In this document: piece by piece, positions 19,448-27,936 of the stretch
Numbering within the stretch: position 1 is the stretch's first letter
Layout of the letters: every line of letters starts with the position of its first letter
Source of the DNA: an uncultured Ruminococcus sp.
Lineage (GTDB): Bacteria > Bacillota > Clostridia > Oscillospirales > CAG-272
Length of the DNA stretch: 64,000 bases
Direction of reading: 5' to 3'
NCBI GenBank assembly: GCA_902795355.1
Contig: CADBKZ010000002.1
Location: 62,236 to 126,235 of the forward strand
Position numbers and translations under genes: made by a program
Notes under the pieces: model-generated
The model's input: only the letters and a program-made list of their open reading frames with translations
What the model was told of the DNA's origin: nothing
The model's database searches: none

Positions 19448-20291
19448 AGTTCAGTCCATTAGGATCATATTTTGCGCTTTTTCCGAGGTTGCAACGTTCG
19501 CAAAGAGTACGTAAATTGCTTTTTTCAGTTTTCCCGCCCTTGCTAACGGGGATAATATGATCAACATGAAGTTTTACCCCATCTTCTTGTGTTGCCCCAC
19601 AGATTACACAACGGAAATGATCGCGTTTCATAATATCATAGCGAAGAGAATCTGTCATCAAAGCACGTTCACGAAGTATGGAATTTTTTTTGCTGTTTTT
19701 TTCTTCTCGTTCCTCAATTAACGTTTGAATTTCCCGATCCGTCAGATAGCCCTCTTGAACATAATGATTTCTTCCTTGCGGGCTTGTATATGAATAGGTC
19801 ACGACAACTTCAAATTTGCACACGGGATGCAATTGATTTTCCGCAATCAAATCTTTTTCGATTTGCTGATATTTAGATTGTTTTTTCCTTTTCGGAAAAG
19901 AAATCTCGGCTGTTTCTTTCATGATTTGTTCAAGTGCAGGCAGATAGTCAGTTAAATACTGCTTTTTGTTGTCGGAAAGAATCCCTAATCTTGATTGGAA
20001 GAACCATAGGTCCTCGCCAATCTTCTCCGCAAAAAAATGAAATTCGTCGAAGTGATCAAATGCCGATTTTGATTTACAGCGAAATGAAAAATGATATGTA
20101 TCTTTTAATTCCCATGAAAACAGTTCACGTTTTCTGTCGTTGAGTTCAAATACTTTTTTGAGACGCAAGCTATTATTAAAAACGTATTTTCTTTCTTTGG
20201 AAGGAATAACAATCTTGAAAAGGATAAAGACAGCTATTCCAATAATAACCAATATAGAAAATAATAGAATTGATTTCAATGTGTCAGACAT
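19446..20291 (-). CDS. HNH endonuclease with N-terminal TM helix and an uncharacterised central domain (AT-rich gene)
   Basis: 281 aa. N-terminal helix ILLFSILVIIGIAVFILFKIVI. C-terminal HNH core RDHFRCVICG...LHVDHIIPVSKGGKTEKSNLRTLCERCN. Composition is visibly AT-rich relative to the flanks. Confidence 0.85.
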   Translation of the reverse strand: MSDTLKSILLFSILVIIGIAVFILFKIVIPSKERKYVFNNSLRLKKVFELNDRKRELFSWELKDTYHFSFRCKSKSAFDHFDEFHFFAEKIGEDLWFFQSRLGILSDNKKQYLTDYLPALEQIMKETAEISFPKRKKQSKYQQIEKDLIAENQLHPVCKFEVVVTYSYTSPQGRNHYVQEGYLTDREIQTLIEEREEKNSKKNSILRERALMTDSLRYDIMKRDHFRCVICGATQEDGVKLHVDHIIPVSKGGKTEKSNLRTLCERCNLGKSAKYDPNGLN

Positions 20292-20305
20292 TTTTGGGTG
20301 TCCTT

Positions 20306-20938
20306 TTATATAGTTTTATAAATCCGAAACAAATCCATCCGCTTCTCCTTTTGCGCGGGGAGCAAAAGATAAAACGGGAGCGCGCAGGCAACGCCCGCAA
20401 GGAGCGCATACGCAAAGTCGGGCGCGCCGTAAAAATGCACGGAAACCGCGGTTTCGGAGAGCGTTCCGAGAAAGCGCGCGTAAAAATACGGCATGAACGC
20501 AACGGGAAGCGGCAGAAAGCAGAAAATTCCGTAAAACACGCGGTTCGGCACAAACACCCGATAAACCCGCTTGGCAAGGTTCAACGCCTCGGACGGCGCG
20601 GCTCCGAACGCCCATACGCTCAAAACGGCCGTTGCGACCGCGAACAACGCGTACCAAACCATGAAAAACCATGCGGCAACCGTGAGCGCGCTCGCTAACA
20701 TTGCAAACCGATAGGACGATTGCGCCACCGGCTCCGTTGCATGCAGCACGCGGTCGGCTTCCGCGCGGAGATAGCCGAGCATGTCAACCGGATTGACCGT
20801 TGCCGAAAGACTGCCGCTCCGATAAAAAAAGATATGCGGCGCAAACGCGGGGATCAACAGCAACGCTCCCGCAAACAGCGGCAGAAGATAGACCAAACGA
20901 ATGCGAAAATCGCTGCCTGTGGCGCGTGAACGGTTCAT
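20306..20938 (-). CDS. Hypothetical polytopic membrane protein
   Basis: 210 aa, about five hydrophobic helices. Start overlaps the stop of the upstream HD gene (ATGA). Confidence 0.6.
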   Translation of the reverse strand: MNRSRATGSDFRIRLVYLLPLFAGALLLIPAFAPHIFFYRSGSLSATVNPVDMLGYLRAEADRVLHATEPVAQSSYRFAMLASALTVAAWFFMVWYALFAVATAVLSVWAFGAAPSEALNLAKRVYRVFVPNRVFYGIFCFLPLPVAFMPYFYARFLGTLSETAVSVHFYGAPDFAYALLAGVACALPFYLLLPAQKEKRMDLFRIYKTI

Positions 20939-21531
20939 TTCGGCTGTTCTCCCGCGAGCTTCCCTTCCATTATGAACGCGGCTTCCATATCGGCGCAGCA
21001 GGTGGCGTAGGCAAGCGGGAACATCTCCAACGCCTTTCCCACGTTTCCTGGGTCCTCGGTGCCGGAAAAGCCCATGTGGTAGCGAATGGCAAAGGCTTCA
21101 TCGCGCGTCAGCTTCATATACGCCGAAACGATGTAAACCGATTTTTCGCCATGCCCGTAGGGGAGCGAATCCTCTATGGTGTAGTAAGGAACGGTCGTCC
21201 ATCTTCCGTTTTCGTCCTTGACGTTCCGCGTTCCCGCCTTATAGAAATTCACCTTGCAAACATCGTGGAGCAGAGCGGCAATGGCAACGCTTTCCTCGCT
21301 GTATTCAATGCCGTAGACCTCTTTCATGCGCGGGCGCGCGAGAATATCCACCAAGCAATCGTAAACATTCAGGCTGTGTTGGAGCAGGCCGCCCTCGCAC
21401 GCGCCGTGGTAGCGGGTGCTGGCAGGCGCCGTGAAAAAGTCGCTCTTCATCAGAAATTCCAACAGCTTATCCGCGCCTTCACGGGTGATTTTTTCTTTGT
21501 AGATCTGAATAAAACGTTCCTGATTCGTCAT
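20935..21531 (-). CDS. HD-domain phosphohydrolase
   Basis: Internal start MTNQERFIQIY...; YHGACEGGLLQHSLNV ... LLHDVCK (H...HD motif). 198 aa. Confidence 0.8.
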   Translation of the reverse strand: MTNQERFIQIYKEKITREGADKLLEFLMKSDFFTAPASTRYHGACEGGLLQHSLNVYDCLVDILARPRMKEVYGIEYSEESVAIAALLHDVCKVNFYKAGTRNVKDENGRWTTVPYYTIEDSLPYGHGEKSVYIVSAYMKLTRDEAFAIRYHMGFSGTEDPGNVGKALEMFPLAYATCCADMEAAFIMEGKLAGEQPK

Positions 21532-21598
21532 GGTTTGTTTCCTTTTCTTCCGGTTTTCGCGGCTCTGCGCGCGCGGCCGAGCGCGGGATCCTGCTTCT

Positions 21599-21627
21599 AT
21601 TATATTGGCCGCGGGACAAAAAGTCAA
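21599..21627 (-). promoter_or_regulatory. Promoter TTGACT-17-TATAAT (minus strand) for the HD / membrane / HNH operon
   Basis: Plus strand shows attata (21599-21604) and agtcaa (21622-21627). Confidence 0.65.
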
Positions 21628-21752
21628 GAGAAAAACGAAAAACAGATGTAAATTTTTCGGTCCGATCCGCCGCAAAACCCGCCCGTTTTCTCTTCTGTTT
21701 CCCGAAAAAATGCGATTTTCGCACACACGGTGCGCAAATTTCGGAGCATTTC

Positions 21753-21796
21753 AAAAAGCGCGACGCTTTTCCGCTTGGAAAAACGTCGCGCTTTTT
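21753..21796. terminator. Terminator hairpin after the SGNH hydrolase gene
   Basis: aaaagcgcgacg / cgtcgcgctttt stem flanked by A/T runs on both sides. Confidence 0.75.
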
Positions 21797-21803
21797 CGGG
21801 GGA

Positions 21804-22445
21804 TCAAAGCCCCGCCAAAAGGCTCTCGTAGAGCGGGAGCAGCCAATCGTAGGCTTCCTCGGAAAAATGGCGGTTCGGCTTTCCGTCCAGAACCATTCCC
21901 TCGTCCGCCCACGCGGCGCGCGCGGGGTTAAGGAGCGAAAGCCCGCTGTTGCGGTAATTATCGAAGCACGGCAGGCTCCATTTGGCGCAAATCGTTTTCA
22001 TCGCGTCCACATACGCCGCTTCGTCCAGCCCCAGATCGTTCAGACTGTTTTTGCGATGGTAGTTGGTCAAAAACAGGAACTTGGCGCGGGGGTATTTGGC
22101 GGTCAGTCCCTTGATTAAAAGATTGAGCGCGCCCTTGAATGTGGAAGCGGTCTCGTCGCTGTCCGCGCCGATGGGAACGTTGAGCCTGTGGTCGTTCGCT
22201 CCGCCGAGCACCACCACATAATCGGCTCCGTCTTCCATTTCGACGTACCGTTCGCACATCGGCTTTTTGGAGCCGCCCTGCGCGACCCACGCAACGGTGT
22301 TTCCGTTGATTCCGTGGTTATAAACAATCATTCCGTGTTTCTTTCCGAGCTTATTCGGCCATGTGGCCTCGTTGCCGAGCAGGTTGCCGTAAATCAGGCT
22401 GTCGCCGAGGGCGACCAGCGTTTTTCCTTTCAAACAGTCGGTCAT
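21804..22445 (-). CDS. SGNH/GDSL hydrolase
   Basis: Internal start MTDCLKGKTLVALGDSLIYGN (GDS block), GGANDH, with AGGAG RBS. 213 aa. Confidence 0.8.
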   Translation of the reverse strand: MTDCLKGKTLVALGDSLIYGNLLGNEATWPNKLGKKHGMIVYNHGINGNTVAWVAQGGSKKPMCERYVEMEDGADYVVVLGGANDHRLNVPIGADSDETASTFKGALNLLIKGLTAKYPRAKFLFLTNYHRKNSLNDLGLDEAAYVDAMKTICAKWSLPCFDNYRNSGLSLLNPARAAWADEGMVLDGKPNRHFSEEAYDWLLPLYESLLAGL

Positions 22446-22461
22446 GGCGGTTCTCCTTATC

Positions 22462-23406
22462 TCAATAGAAAGTTGCCACTTCGGGCACGGGCGCGACGGC
22501 GAAATCCGACGCGGAAACATACAAAACGGGGCCTTCACCGTTGTAAAGCCGGTGTTTTTCCACCTTGATTTTCCCCGTTAAAACCGCCCAATCGCGCGTT
22601 TTGAGCGTTGTGGACTCGGGAAACACGCAAACCATGGGGTGGAACGCGATGTCGGCCTCGCAGCAGGTCATCACATACCGCCCCGCCAAGGCTGCGTTCG
22701 CGCCGAGGCTGCGATCCCGCGCGATAATCCCCTTGAAACGGACGGTTTTGCCGTTGTACTTCGCCATATCTTCCGAAAGATCGCGGTAGAACAGCGCGTA
22801 GTCGCCGTCCGCAATCTCCACCACGGGCGCGTTCAGGTCGAACGGGAGCGGGTCCTCGGTCTCGTCGTATTCCACATGTCCGTCGGGATAGTCGTAGGTG
22901 ATGGCGGCACGGCGCGAGGTGGCGCGGATTACCTTATGGATGGCGTCCTTATCGATGTTCGCGGGAGTGCGGTTGAGCACCACCATTTCGCAGTTGTTGA
23001 GCTTATCCACCATCAGTTGGCGCATGTTGGCATTGTAGGAAAGGAACGTGTTTGCGTCGGCAAACAGCATTTCCTGATAGATGCCCCAACCGCGCGGCAG
23101 GTTGCCGTAAAGCGTGGTCAGGTTCCACATGCCGTTGTATTCGATAATTACGCGGTCGAGCTTATGCTTCTTCCCCATTGCCGTCAGGTTTTCAATGGTG
23201 ACGTCCTCTTCGTTTTCAATGGTTTCGAGCCAGACGTTCTTGCCCCAGAAGCGTTCGGGATCCAGCTCCGCCTCGCCCGCCTCGCATTGGATAATCAGCG
23301 TTTTTTCGCCAGAATTGAACCGCTGATCTTCCATGGATTCCTGAATGATGCTGGTTTTGCCGCCTTCGAGAAACCCCGTGAACAGATAAACGGGAATGGT
23401 TGCCAT
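22462..23406 (-). CDS. Degenerate COG0523/CobW-like P-loop domain fused to a DUF1980/TIGR03943-like C-terminal domain
   Basis: 314 aa. MATIPVYLFTGFLEGGKTSIIQ (Walker A) but no CxCC motif. C-terminal GRYVMTCCEADIAFHPMV resembles the conserved CC-x-x-D block of DUF1980 proteins. Confidence 0.65.
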   Translation of the reverse strand: MATIPVYLFTGFLEGGKTSIIQESMEDQRFNSGEKTLIIQCEAGEAELDPERFWGKNVWLETIENEEDVTIENLTAMGKKHKLDRVIIEYNGMWNLTTLYGNLPRGWGIYQEMLFADANTFLSYNANMRQLMVDKLNNCEMVVLNRTPANIDKDAIHKVIRATSRRAAITYDYPDGHVEYDETEDPLPFDLNAPVVEIADGDYALFYRDLSEDMAKYNGKTVRFKGIIARDRSLGANAALAGRYVMTCCEADIAFHPMVCVFPESTTLKTRDWAVLTGKIKVEKHRLYNGEGPVLYVSASDFAVAPVPEVATFY

Positions 23407-23415
23407 AAATCCCCC

Positions 23416-24828
23416 TTATTTCGCTTCCACGCCGAAGAGCGCGGCAAGCGCGGATTTGTTGATGCCCGAGCCGATTACGCACAGGCGGCCGATTACGCCC
23501 GCAGAGCCGTTCCGGACGTCGGGTTCCCCGGGAACGTAGTCGAAATGGATCCACTTGCCGTCGGTCCCTTCCACAATGCCCTTGGCGCGGAGAACCGCCC
23601 CGTAGGTATGCTCCTCGGCAAGCGATTCGAGCAGGTTTGCCAGCTCGGCTTGGTCAAATTTTTTGGTGGTCTCCACGCCCCAGCTGACGAACACATCGTC
23701 CGCGTGGTGGTGATGATGGTGATGGTGTTCGTGTTCGTCTTCATCGTCGTCGTGGTGGTGGCAGGCGCAGTTCGGATCGTCACATTCATCATCGTCGTCG
23801 TGATGATGGTGATGGTGTTCGTGCTCCTCTTCATCATCGTCGTCGTGATGGTGGCAGGCGCAGTTCGGATCGTCACATTCATCATCGTCGTCGTGATGAT
23901 GGTGATGGTGTTCGTGTTCGTCTTCATCGTCGTCGTGGTGGTGGCAGGCGCAGTTCGGGTCGTCGCATTCATCATCATGATGGTGATGGTGGTGGTGTTC
24001 GTGTTCCTCTTTCTCTTCATTGTCGTCGTGATGATGGCAGGCGCAGTTCGGATCGTCGCATTCATCATCATGATGGTGATGGTGGTGGTGTTCGTGTTCC
24101 TCTTTCTCTTCATTGTCGTCGTGATGATGGCAAGCACAGTTCGGATCGTCGCATTCATCATCATCGTCGTGATGGTGGTGGTGATGTTCTTCCTCGGCGG
24201 CCTCGGCCAAGCGCGCAAGCTCTTCCTCGATGGTATCGCGGCGTTCCATTGCTTTCAAAAGCTGTTTGCCGTCCAGCTCGTCCCACGGCGTGGTGACGAT
24301 AACGGCGGTTTCGTTATGCTCTTTGAGCAGCGCGACCGCCTCGGCCACCTTCTTTTCGCTCGCGCTTTGCGTATGCGAGAGGACGATGCAGCCGGCGTTT
24401 TCGATCTGATCGTTGAAGAACTCGCCGAAGTTCTTCATATACATTTTGCATTTGTTCGCGTCCACAACGGTGGTAAAGCCGTTGAGAACCGCGCCGTTCT
24501 CGGCGGCGTTCTGCACCGCGCGGATAATATCCGAGAGTTTTCCAACGCCCGAAGGCTCAATCAGAATGCGATCGGGGGCGTATTCTTCCAACACTTTACG
24601 CAAGGCCTTGCCGAAATCGCCCACGAGCGAGCAGCAGATGCACCCGCTGTTCATTTCGTTAACGATGATGCCGGCGTCCTGCAAAAAGCCGCCGTCAATG
24701 CCGATCTGCCCGAATTCGTTCTCGATCAGCACGATCTTCTCGCCCGCGTAAGCCTCTTTCAGCAGTTTTTTGATCAGCGTAGTCTTCCCCGCGCCCAAAA
24801 AGCCCGAGAAAATGTCGATTTTTGTCAT
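23416..24828 (-). CDS. COG0523/CobW-family GTPase metallochaperone with a giant His/Asp/Cys-rich repeat insertion
   Basis: Internal start MTKIDIFSGFLGAGKTTLIKKL (Walker A), ENEFG, GCICCSL (CxCC), EPSGVG. Five ECDDPNCACHHH units lie between the GTPase and C-terminal domains. 470 aa. Confidence 0.9.
   Translation of the reverse strand: MTKIDIFSGFLGAGKTTLIKKLLKEAYAGEKIVLIENEFGQIGIDGGFLQDAGIIVNEMNSGCICCSLVGDFGKALRKVLEEYAPDRILIEPSGVGKLSDIIRAVQNAAENGAVLNGFTTVVDANKCKMYMKNFGEFFNDQIENAGCIVLSHTQSASEKKVAEAVALLKEHNETAVIVTTPWDELDGKQLLKAMERRDTIEEELARLAEAAEEEHHHHHHDDDDECDDPNCACHHHDDNEEKEEHEHHHHHHHDDECDDPNCACHHHDDNEEKEEHEHHHHHHHDDECDDPNCACHHHDDDEDEHEHHHHHHDDDDECDDPNCACHHHDDDDEEEHEHHHHHHDDDDECDDPNCACHHHDDDEDEHEHHHHHHHHADDVFVSWGVETTKKFDQAELANLLESLAEEHTYGAVLRAKGIVEGTDGKWIHFDYVPGEPDVRNGSAGVIGRLCVIGSGINKSALAALFGVEAK
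23700..24190 (-). repeat. Five in-frame tandem repeats (periods 93, 90, 93, 93 bp) encoding HEHHHHHH(H)DD(DD)ECDDPNCACHHHDD(D/N)E units
   Basis: The conserved core cagttcgg recurs at 23768, 23861, 23951, 24044 and 24137. All periods are multiples of 3. Confidence 0.95.
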
Positions 24829-24864
24829 TTGAATCATCCCTTTTCTGAAAATTTTACCAACATA

Positions 24865-24893
24865 CATTATAATACCGAACCGACGAAAAGTCA
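24865..24893 (-). promoter_or_regulatory. Promoter TTGACT-17-TATAAT (minus strand) for the CobW operon
   Basis: Plus strand shows attata (24865-24870) and agtcaa (24888-24893). Confidence 0.65.
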
Positions 24894-24961
24894 AGAGCTT
24901 CGGGCAACGTTTTTTGAAAAAACCCGAAGAGAACGGCCGCGGGAGCAAAGGAAGAGGCCGC

Positions 24962-25003
24962 GCGAGGGGGAGCGCTTTCTTGGAAGAAAGCGCTCCCCCT
25001 CGC
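24962..25003. repeat. GC-rich hairpin GCGAGGGGGAGCGCTTTCTT..AAGAAAGCGCTCCCCCTCGC downstream of obg
   Basis: Near-perfect 20-bp arms. Related GAGGGGGAG...CTCCCCCTC hairpins at 13823-13848 and 48169-48216. Confidence 0.8.
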
Positions 25004-25117
25004 GCGCTCCCCCGCTCAAAGAACGGGCGCGGGGAATGGACGATCCGTTGGCGACAGCGAAAGTTTCCGCGGGCAAGGCTTCCCGCCGCTGCCCGTTGGA
25101 AACGATTTGCTTGACGA

Positions 25118-26398
25118 TTATTTGACATAATCAAATTCGTAGCCGTAAATATCCACGGTGTCGCCGTCGCGGCAGCCCTTGGCTTCCAAGGCCTCGAAAA
25201 CGCCGCTCCGCTGCAAAACGCGTTGGAAAAAGTTCATGGATTCGTAGTCGTTCGGGTTAATCTGCCCCATCAGGTTCAACAGCCATTCGCCTTCCACATG
25301 GTAGGTGTCGTTCTCGCGGCGGATCACGGTCTCTTTCCCGCCGCCCACATACGCGTCCTCGGGGTCGTATTCGCGCTTGTAGACCTTCATGGGCGGCAGA
25401 TCGCGGAGCAGTTCCGCCGTGCGCGCCACCAGCGCGTCCATCCCCTCGCCCGTGGCCGCGGAAACATAGAACAGCTCCCAGCCGTTCCCTTTGACAAAAC
25501 GCTCGAACGCGGGAATATCCACCGTTTCGCGGTCCAGCGTGTCCACCTTGTTTGCCACGATGATCTGCGGGCGCGAGGCCAACTCCGGACTGTATCGATC
25601 CAACTCGACGTTGATCACTTCCACCTCGTCGATCGGGTCGCGCCCCTCAAAGCAGGAAATATCCACCACATGCCAGAGCAGGCGGCAGCGGTCGATATGC
25701 CGCAAAAACGCGTGGCCCAACCCCGCGCCGTCGGCCGCCCCCTCGATCAGCCCGGGGATGTCGGCGGCAACAAACCCGCTCTCGCCCCCCGTTCGCACCA
25801 CGCCAAGGTTGGGAGACAGCGTGGTGAAATGGTAGTCCGCCACCTTCGGCTTGGCCGACGAAATGCGCGCGAGAATTGACGATTTTCCAACGCTCGGATA
25901 TCCGCAAATGCCGACGTCGGCCAGCATTTTGAGTTCGAGAATCACCGTTTTTTCCTCGCCCTTGGTCCCGTTCTTGGCAAACATGGGCACCTGCCGCGTG
26001 GCGGTTGCAAACCGGCGGTTGCCCCACCCCCCGCGGCCGCCGCGGCAGGCAACATAGTCGGCGCCGTCGTTCTCGGACATATCATGGATCACTCTTCCGC
26101 TTTCGGCGTCCTTGATCAGCGTTCCCTGCGGTACGGGGATGATCAGATCCTCGCCGTTCGCGCCGTGGAACTTTGCGCCGCTGCCGTCGCCGCCGCGCTT
26201 CGCCGCAAAATGGTGCTTATAGCGGAAGGCGAGCAGCGTGTTGGTTCCGAGGTCCACGCGGAAGATTACGTTGCCGCCCCTGCCGCCGTCGCCGCCGTCC
26301 GGCCCGCCCGCGGCCACATATTTTTCCCGACGGAACGACACGGCTCCGTTGCCGCCGTCGCCCGCCCGAATTTCGATTTTTGCATGATCGACAAACAT
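25118..26398 (-). CDS. obg: GTPase Obg/CgtA
   Basis: 426 aa. MFVDHAKIEIRAGDGGNGAVSFRREKYVAAGGPDGGDGGRGGNVIF, then G-domain and C-terminal TGS-like extension. Confidence 0.97.
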   Translation of the reverse strand: MFVDHAKIEIRAGDGGNGAVSFRREKYVAAGGPDGGDGGRGGNVIFRVDLGTNTLLAFRYKHHFAAKRGGDGSGAKFHGANGEDLIIPVPQGTLIKDAESGRVIHDMSENDGADYVACRGGRGGWGNRRFATATRQVPMFAKNGTKGEEKTVILELKMLADVGICGYPSVGKSSILARISSAKPKVADYHFTTLSPNLGVVRTGGESGFVAADIPGLIEGAADGAGLGHAFLRHIDRCRLLWHVVDISCFEGRDPIDEVEVINVELDRYSPELASRPQIIVANKVDTLDRETVDIPAFERFVKGNGWELFYVSAATGEGMDALVARTAELLRDLPPMKVYKREYDPEDAYVGGGKETVIRRENDTYHVEGEWLLNLMGQINPNDYESMNFFQRVLQRSGVFEALEAKGCRDGDTVDIYGYEFDYVK

Positions 26399-26483
26399 TT
26401 GTTGGCTCCTTTCGGGAGATCAAGAGGCGTTTTTGAGTTAAAAAACGCCGTTTTTTGCATACACGCTGCGCAAATTTCCGGTT

Positions 26484-27815
26484 TTACTGCGCTTCCTCGC
26501 CCTTCATGCGGATAACGAGCTTGATGGGGGTGCCCTCGAAGCCGAAGGTTTCTCGCAGGCAGTTCTCGATGAACCGCTGATAGGAGAAATGGAACAGCTC
26601 GACGTTGTTGCAGAAGATTACGAACGTGGGCGGGGCGACGGCGGTTTGCGTCATGTAGTAGATTTTCAGCCTGCGCCCCTTATCCGACGGCGGCTGAACG
26701 CGGATCATCGCGTCGCCGAGAACATCGTTGAGCATGCCGGTGGTGACGCGCTGGGTTGCCTGACGGAACACCTTGTTGATCCGCTCGTACAGGTTGCCCA
26801 CGCGCTGCCCCGTTTTGGCGGAAACATACAGGATGGGCGCATACGGCATATAGGCCAGCGCGGTGCGGATGCGGTTGTTGAACTCGCTGACGGTGGAGTT
26901 ATCCTTTTCCACCAGATCCCATTTATTGACCACGATGATCGAGGCTTTTCCAGCTTCATGCGCGATGCCCGCGATTTTTTCATCCTGCTCGGTAATGCCC
27001 GCGGTGGCGTCGATCATGATCAGGCAGACGTCGGCGCGTTCCACGGCCATGTGGGCGCGCAGAACGCTGAAATGCTCGATGCGGTCGTCGATCTTCGCCT
27101 GCCGGCGGATGCCCGCCGTATCGATGAACGTATAGCGGCCGAACTCGTTTTCGGCAACGGTATCCACGGCGTCGCGGGTGGTTCCCGCAATTTCCGAAAC
27201 GATCAGGCGGTTTTCCCCGAGCATGCGGTTGATGATGGACGATTTGCCCGCGTTCGGCTTACCGATTACCGCCACGCGGATGCCGTCGGGTTCTTCCTCT
27301 GCGTCCTGCCAATCGCCAAGGGCTTCCACACAGGCATCCAGAACATCGCCCGAGCCGCTCCCATGCAGGCTGGAAAGCGCAATGGGATCATGCCCGAAGC
27401 CCAATTCGTAAAATTCATAGAACTCCATGGGCGGGCCGCCCACGCGATCGCATTTGTTGATGCAGGGGATGACCGGCTTGCCGCTCTTTTTGAGCATTAC
27501 GGCAATGTCGCGGTCGTCCGCGGTCACGCCGGTCCGCACGTCGCAAAGGAACAGGATCACATCCGCCGTATCAATGGCGATCTGCGCCTGCAACTTCATT
27601 TGCGAGAGGATTACGTCGTCGCTTTTCGGCTCGATGCCGCCCGTATCGATTACGACGAACCTGCGGCCGCGCCATTCGGTTTCGCCGTAAATGCGGTCGC
27701 GCGTGACCCCCGGGGTATCTTCCACAATGGCGCGGCGTTCCCCGATCAGTTTATTGAAAAACGTGCTTTTTCCAACGTTCGGTCGGCCCACAATGGCCAG
27801 AATCGGTTTTGACAT
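26484..27815 (-). CDS. der: Ribosome-associated GTPase Der/EngA
   Basis: Internal start MSKPILAIVGRPNVGKSTFFNKL, second G domain VAVIGKPNAGKSS, KH-like C-terminus. AGGAG RBS. 443 aa. Confidence 0.95.
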   Translation of the reverse strand: MSKPILAIVGRPNVGKSTFFNKLIGERRAIVEDTPGVTRDRIYGETEWRGRRFVVIDTGGIEPKSDDVILSQMKLQAQIAIDTADVILFLCDVRTGVTADDRDIAVMLKKSGKPVIPCINKCDRVGGPPMEFYEFYELGFGHDPIALSSLHGSGSGDVLDACVEALGDWQDAEEEPDGIRVAVIGKPNAGKSSIINRMLGENRLIVSEIAGTTRDAVDTVAENEFGRYTFIDTAGIRRQAKIDDRIEHFSVLRAHMAVERADVCLIMIDATAGITEQDEKIAGIAHEAGKASIIVVNKWDLVEKDNSTVSEFNNRIRTALAYMPYAPILYVSAKTGQRVGNLYERINKVFRQATQRVTTGMLNDVLGDAMIRVQPPSDKGRRLKIYYMTQTAVAPPTFVIFCNNVELFHFSYQRFIENCLRETFGFEGTPIKLVIRMKGEEAQ

Positions 27816-27936
27816 TCGGTCGGTCTCCTTTCGGTTTGAATCTTCAATGCGTTCGTTCGCGGCGAATACGGAACCGAGGGGTTCCGCAAATAACGAAATA
27901 CGGCTTCCGGCAAATAACGGTTTCCGGATTCCGTTG

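Noticed and set aside
23700-24190. Regularly spaced roughly 90-bp repeats considered as a possible CRISPR-like or satellite array
   Set aside because: All periods are multiples of 3 and lie inside a continuous reading frame with conserved flanking COG0523 domains. There are no unique spacers. This is a coding tandem repeat.
24829-24900. Search for a Zur box (TCGTAAT-N-ATTACGA type palindrome) at the CobW operon promoter
   Set aside because: No such palindrome is visible around the -35/-10 elements, so zinc-dependent repression cannot be claimed from the sequence.
22639-25125. 828-aa plus-strand ORF with striking VVVMMVMVFVF repeats that could be mistaken for a polytopic membrane protein
   Set aside because: It is the reverse-complement frame of the His/Asp-rich CobW repeats. 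The minus strand carries canonical Walker A and CxCC motifs, an RBS and a promoter.
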